The notes beneath the pieces are model-generated. The model saw nothing but the letters and a program-made list of their open reading frames with translations, made no database searches and was not told the origin of the DNA. From Acidobacteriota bacterium (GTDB lineage Bacteria; Acidobacteriota; UBA890; WLXD01), in the NCBI GenBank assembly GCA_963666055.2, contig CAXWPH010000015.1, positions 960,001 through 1,024,000 on the forward strand: DNA of 64,000 bases. The letters are read 5' to 3'. Of this stretch, positions 60,893 to 64,000 are shown piece after piece. The translations under genes and the position numbers were made by a program. The first letter of the stretch is position 1. Every line of letters begins with the position of its first letter.

Positions 60893-61484
60893 CCTCGTGA
60901 CGTCGGTGCTCTTTCTGGGCGTGATAGCGGTTGGCCAGGCCGCGGAAAATATCACCACCCCGATGGAGACGGTCCGCGCGTCGAACGAGGCGATTTCCGC
61001 CATTCTCGCGGAGCATGACCCTCTCGATGCCGAGGGGGAGGCACGTGTCTACCAGGTCATGAACGACGTCACCGACTTCGCAACGATGTCGACCGGCGCG
61101 ATCGATGAGATCTGTGTGGAGCACGAGCTGACCGACGAGAAGTGCGGTGAGTGGAAGACCGTCTTCGGTGATTTGCTACGCATTCGTTCCATAAAGGGGG
61201 TGGGCCGCTACCGAGCGGACCGCTTCGACTACCTGAACGAGGAGATCGACGGCGAGCAAGCGGTGGTCAACACCCTGGCCTACTTCGAGGGCGACGACAT
61301 TGCCCTCGACTACGAGCTCATGCTACGCGACGACCGGTGGCTGATCGTCAACTACGTCGTCGACGACGTTGACACCGCTCGTAGTTGGAGCCGCCGCTTT
61401 ATCCGCCTGCTGAGGACCGAAACCGTCGACGATGTTATTCGGCGGCTGCGGGACCGGATCGAGGAGTTCCACACGGACTCCTGA
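60870..61484 (+). CDS. MlaC/Ttg2D (HpnM-like) periplasmic lipid-binding protein
   Basis: Signal peptide; DFxxM, AVVNT, LDYEL...WLIVNYVVDDV pattern typical of MlaC. Confidence 0.75.
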   Translation: MAKSSSTSLVTSVLFLGVIAVGQAAENITTPMETVRASNEAISAILAEHDPLDAEGEARVYQVMNDVTDFATMSTGAIDEICVEHELTDEKCGEWKTVFGDLLRIRSIKGVGRYRADRFDYLNEEIDGEQAVVNTLAYFEGDDIALDYELMLRDDRWLIVNYVVDDVDTARSWSRRFIRLLRTETVDDVIRRLRDRIEEFHTDS

Positions 61485-61600
61485 TTCCGCGTACGCGGCA
61501 CCCGGACGTCGTCAACCAGGCCAGGATCTGAAGGCGTGCCCGGCGCGAAGCGTGTTTTGCGCCCGGCTGTCGACGCTCTTCTCGAGCGAGCGAGACCGAA

Positions 61601-62833
61601 ATGGCTCAAGCCGAAATCACCACCATGAAGGTGGACATCTTCGACAAGACGAACTCCAAGTACTACGCGCGCGCCAACGAGCTGCGCGAGATGGGGCTCT
61701 TCCCGTACTTCAAGGCGCTTCGGGCCCAGAATGGCAACGAAGTTACGGTCGATGGCAAGCAGATGATCATGGTCTGCTCCAACGACTACCTTGGCCTTAG
61801 CCAGGACGAGCGCGTGCAGAGCGCCGGCTTGCCGGCGCTGCGCGAGTTCGGAACGAGCTGCACGGGCTCACGCTTTCTCAACGGCACGCTGGGCATCCAC
61901 GAGTACCTAGAGCGCGACCTGGCGGAGTTCCTGAAAAAGGAGTCGGTGCTGACATTCAGCACCGGGTTCCTGGGCTCGCTCGGCGTTCTGGCCGCCGTCG
62001 TCGGCCGTCGCGACATCATGTACTTCGACCGCGAGAACCACGCCAGCCTGTATGACGGAGCGCGGCTCTCCTACGGTCAGCTGCGCAAGTACCGTCACGG
62101 CGACATGGATCATCTGGAGTCGCTGCTGAAGCGCGATGCCAATCGCGATGCCGGAAAGCTCATCGTCACGGACGGTGTGTTCTCGATGAGCGGCGAGATC
62201 GCCGATCTGCCTGGCGTCGTCGCGTCGGCTCGCCGCTACGGTGCTCGAGTTCTCGTCGACGATGCGCACTCGACCGGTGTCCTGGGTCCTAATGGTCGGG
62301 GCACGGCGAACCACTTCGGCCTCGAGGACGAGGTCGACCTGGTCATCGGCACTTTCTCGAAAGCGTTCGCTTCGGTGGGCGGCTTCGTCGGCGGCAACGC
62401 CCAGATCGTTGACTACATCAAGTGCCTGGCGCGGCCGTTCGTATTCACCGCAGCTTTGCCTCCGGCGCAAGTGGCGACCACCCACAAGGCACTGGAGATT
62501 CTGGCCAGCGAGCCGGAGCATCGCGAGCGGCTGTGGAAGCGCGTCATGATGTTCCGCAAGGGTCTGCGCGGGCTGGGGTTCAACACCCTGGGCTCCGAAG
62601 GTCCGATCGTGCCCGTGTCGATCGGCGATGTCGATCTGGCCATGGCCATGTGGAAGGACGTCTGGGACGCTGGGATCTTCGCCTTGCCGGCGTTGCCGCC
62701 TGCTGTTCCTGAGGGCGAGGCGCTCATCCGAATGGCGGTCAACGCTAGCCACAAGCGCGAGGAGATCGAGCGCGTGCTGAGCGCTTTCGCCGACGCCGGT
62801 CGCCGGCACGGCGTGATCAGTACGGCTGCCTAG
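61601..62833 (+). CDS. spt: Serine palmitoyltransferase (alpha-oxoamine synthase family)
   Basis: DIFDK, FPYF, SNDYLGL, GTSCTGSRFLNGT, NHASLYDG, DDAH, GTFSKAFAS; Spt-type rather than BioF-type motifs. Confidence 0.75.
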   Translation: MAQAEITTMKVDIFDKTNSKYYARANELREMGLFPYFKALRAQNGNEVTVDGKQMIMVCSNDYLGLSQDERVQSAGLPALREFGTSCTGSRFLNGTLGIHEYLERDLAEFLKKESVLTFSTGFLGSLGVLAAVVGRRDIMYFDRENHASLYDGARLSYGQLRKYRHGDMDHLESLLKRDANRDAGKLIVTDGVFSMSGEIADLPGVVASARRYGARVLVDDAHSTGVLGPNGRGTANHFGLEDEVDLVIGTFSKAFASVGGFVGGNAQIVDYIKCLARPFVFTAALPPAQVATTHKALEILASEPEHRERLWKRVMMFRKGLRGLGFNTLGSEGPIVPVSIGDVDLAMAMWKDVWDAGIFALPALPPAVPEGEALIRMAVNASHKREEIERVLSAFADAGRRHGVISTAA

Positions 62834-62880
62834 CAACTCGCCGTAACCAGGCCCGCCACACTTCCACCACGGCCTGATAG
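62834..62880 (+). repeat. Dispersed intergenic repeat, copy 4
   Basis: CAACTCGCCGTAACCAGGCCCGCCACACTTCCACCACGGCCTGATAG. Confidence 0.8.
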
Positions 62881-62893
62881 GCTCGACCTACGC

Positions 62894-64000
62894 ATGACCG
62901 AGGCCGTTTGCGTACCCGGGGTATCGATTCGTCGGGCGACGAGCAAGCGTGAGCTCGACGCCTTCATCAAGCTGCCGTTCCGGCTGTACGCCGACGACCC
63001 CAACTGGGTTGCGCCGCTGATCCTCGCCGAGCGGGCGCTGCTCGATACCGCCAAGAACCCGTTCTTCCAGCACGCCGAGATCGAGCTTTACCTGGCCAGG
63101 CGGGGCGGCAAGCTGGTGGGCCGGATCGCCGCCATCGACGACGACCGGCACAACGAGACGCATGGCGACAACCTGGGCTTCTTCGGCTTCTTCGAGGCCG
63201 AAGACGCCGAGGTGGCCGGCGCACTCCTAGAGGCTGCCGAGGAGTGGGCTCGAGTGCGCGGTCGCGATGCTCTGCGCGGTCCCGCCAACCCTTCGTTGAA
63301 CGATACGGCGGGCATGCTCGTCGGACCCTTCGATCTCGATCCGCTCATTCAGACGACCCACAACCCGGCGACCTATCCAGGTTGGGTGGAGGCGGCGGGC
63401 TACGAGAAAGCGAAGGATCTTTGGACCTGGTGGTTCGATATGGACACCAGCGTCAACCGGCGCGCCCAGCGGATCCTGCGGCGCATCGAGACGCGCCTCG
63501 ACCCCAAGCCGACGATCCGCCAGTTGAGCAAGCGGAATTTCGAGCAGGACGCGCTGACCATACTGCGGATCTTCTCCGACGCCTGGGCCAACAACTGGGG
63601 CTTCGTGGCGCCCACCGAGGAGGAGTTTCTGCATACCGCCAAGGACATGAAGATGATCCTCAACTTCGAGCTGGCGCTCATCATGGAGGTCGAGGGTGAG
63701 CCGATCGCGTTTTGCCTCACGGTTCCCGACATGAACCAGGTATTCAAGCGCATGCGCGGCCGCCTGTTCCCGTTCGGTTTCTTGCACCTGCTGCGCAAGG
63801 GCAGCATCATCGACCGATGCCGGCTCATGCTTCTGGGAGTGGTGGCCGAGCATCGTCAAAAGGGCCTCGAGCTCGCCCTGATCGCGCACTCGATCCGCGT
63901 CGTCGAGAGGCTTGGCTGGGTCGGCGGGGAGTGCGGGTGGACCCTGGAAGACAACGACGGCATCAACAAGGCGATCCGGCTGGTCGGCGGCCAGCATTCC
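62894..64000 (+). CDS. GNAT-fold protein of the YghO/bCerS (bacterial ceramide synthase) family; runs off the window end
   Basis: FIKLPFRLYADDPNWVAPL, NPFFQH, GRIAAI, GFFGFFE, RGP, HNP, NWGF, PDMNQ, WTLEDN; not in the ORF track because no stop lies in the window. Confidence 0.78.
   Translation, partial: MTEAVCVPGVSIRRATSKRELDAFIKLPFRLYADDPNWVAPLILAERALLDTAKNPFFQHAEIELYLARRGGKLVGRIAAIDDDRHNETHGDNLGFFGFFEAEDAEVAGALLEAAEEWARVRGRDALRGPANPSLNDTAGMLVGPFDLDPLIQTTHNPATYPGWVEAAGYEKAKDLWTWWFDMDTSVNRRAQRILRRIETRLDPKPTIRQLSKRNFEQDALTILRIFSDAWANNWGFVAPTEEEFLHTAKDMKMILNFELALIMEVEGEPIAFCLTVPDMNQVFKRMRGRLFPFGFLHLLRKGSIIDRCRLMLLGVVAEHRQKGLELALIAHSIRVVERLGWVGGECGWTLEDNDGINKAIRLVGGQHS

Noticed and set aside
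61601-62833. bioF (8-amino-7-oxononanoate synthase)
   Set aside because: GSRFLNGT and GTFSK motifs, the bCerS-like neighbour and the absence of bio genes favour Spt

Overview
GC-rich bacterial chromosomal window, probably from a diderm organism (TolC, BamA-like and MlaC-like proteins); the gene style is Acidobacteriota-like, but that is only an inference. 1-18.6 kb: housekeeping genes (kynureninase end, AlkA, Fur, GGDEF/HD-GYP, pabA-pabB-pabC, pcm, Ser/Thr kinase). About 18.7-31.2 kb: a decayed accessory region beside tRNA-Glu(CTC), with IS5 and IS3 elements, two tyrosine integrases, an orphan tRNA-Leu 3' att fragment and several truncated genes. 31.4-64 kb: metabolic and envelope genes. Highlights: (1) a single 2902-aa ORF fusing FixC/ETF-QO, a FixX ferredoxin, two complementary acyl-CoA dehydrogenase domains, EtfB and EtfA, i.e. 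a whole acyl-CoA-to-quinone electron chain in one polypeptide; (2) two selenoproteins missed or split by the ORF track (a lipoprotein TlpA and an NrdH-like glutaredoxin, both UxxC with similar SECIS-like hairpins); (3) a candidate ceramide synthesis and export locus (MMPL / TolC-MlaC-Spt-bCerS); (4) a 4-copy intergenic hairpin repeat family and a 148-bp MITE. All product calls come from motif recognition by eye; no database search was run.
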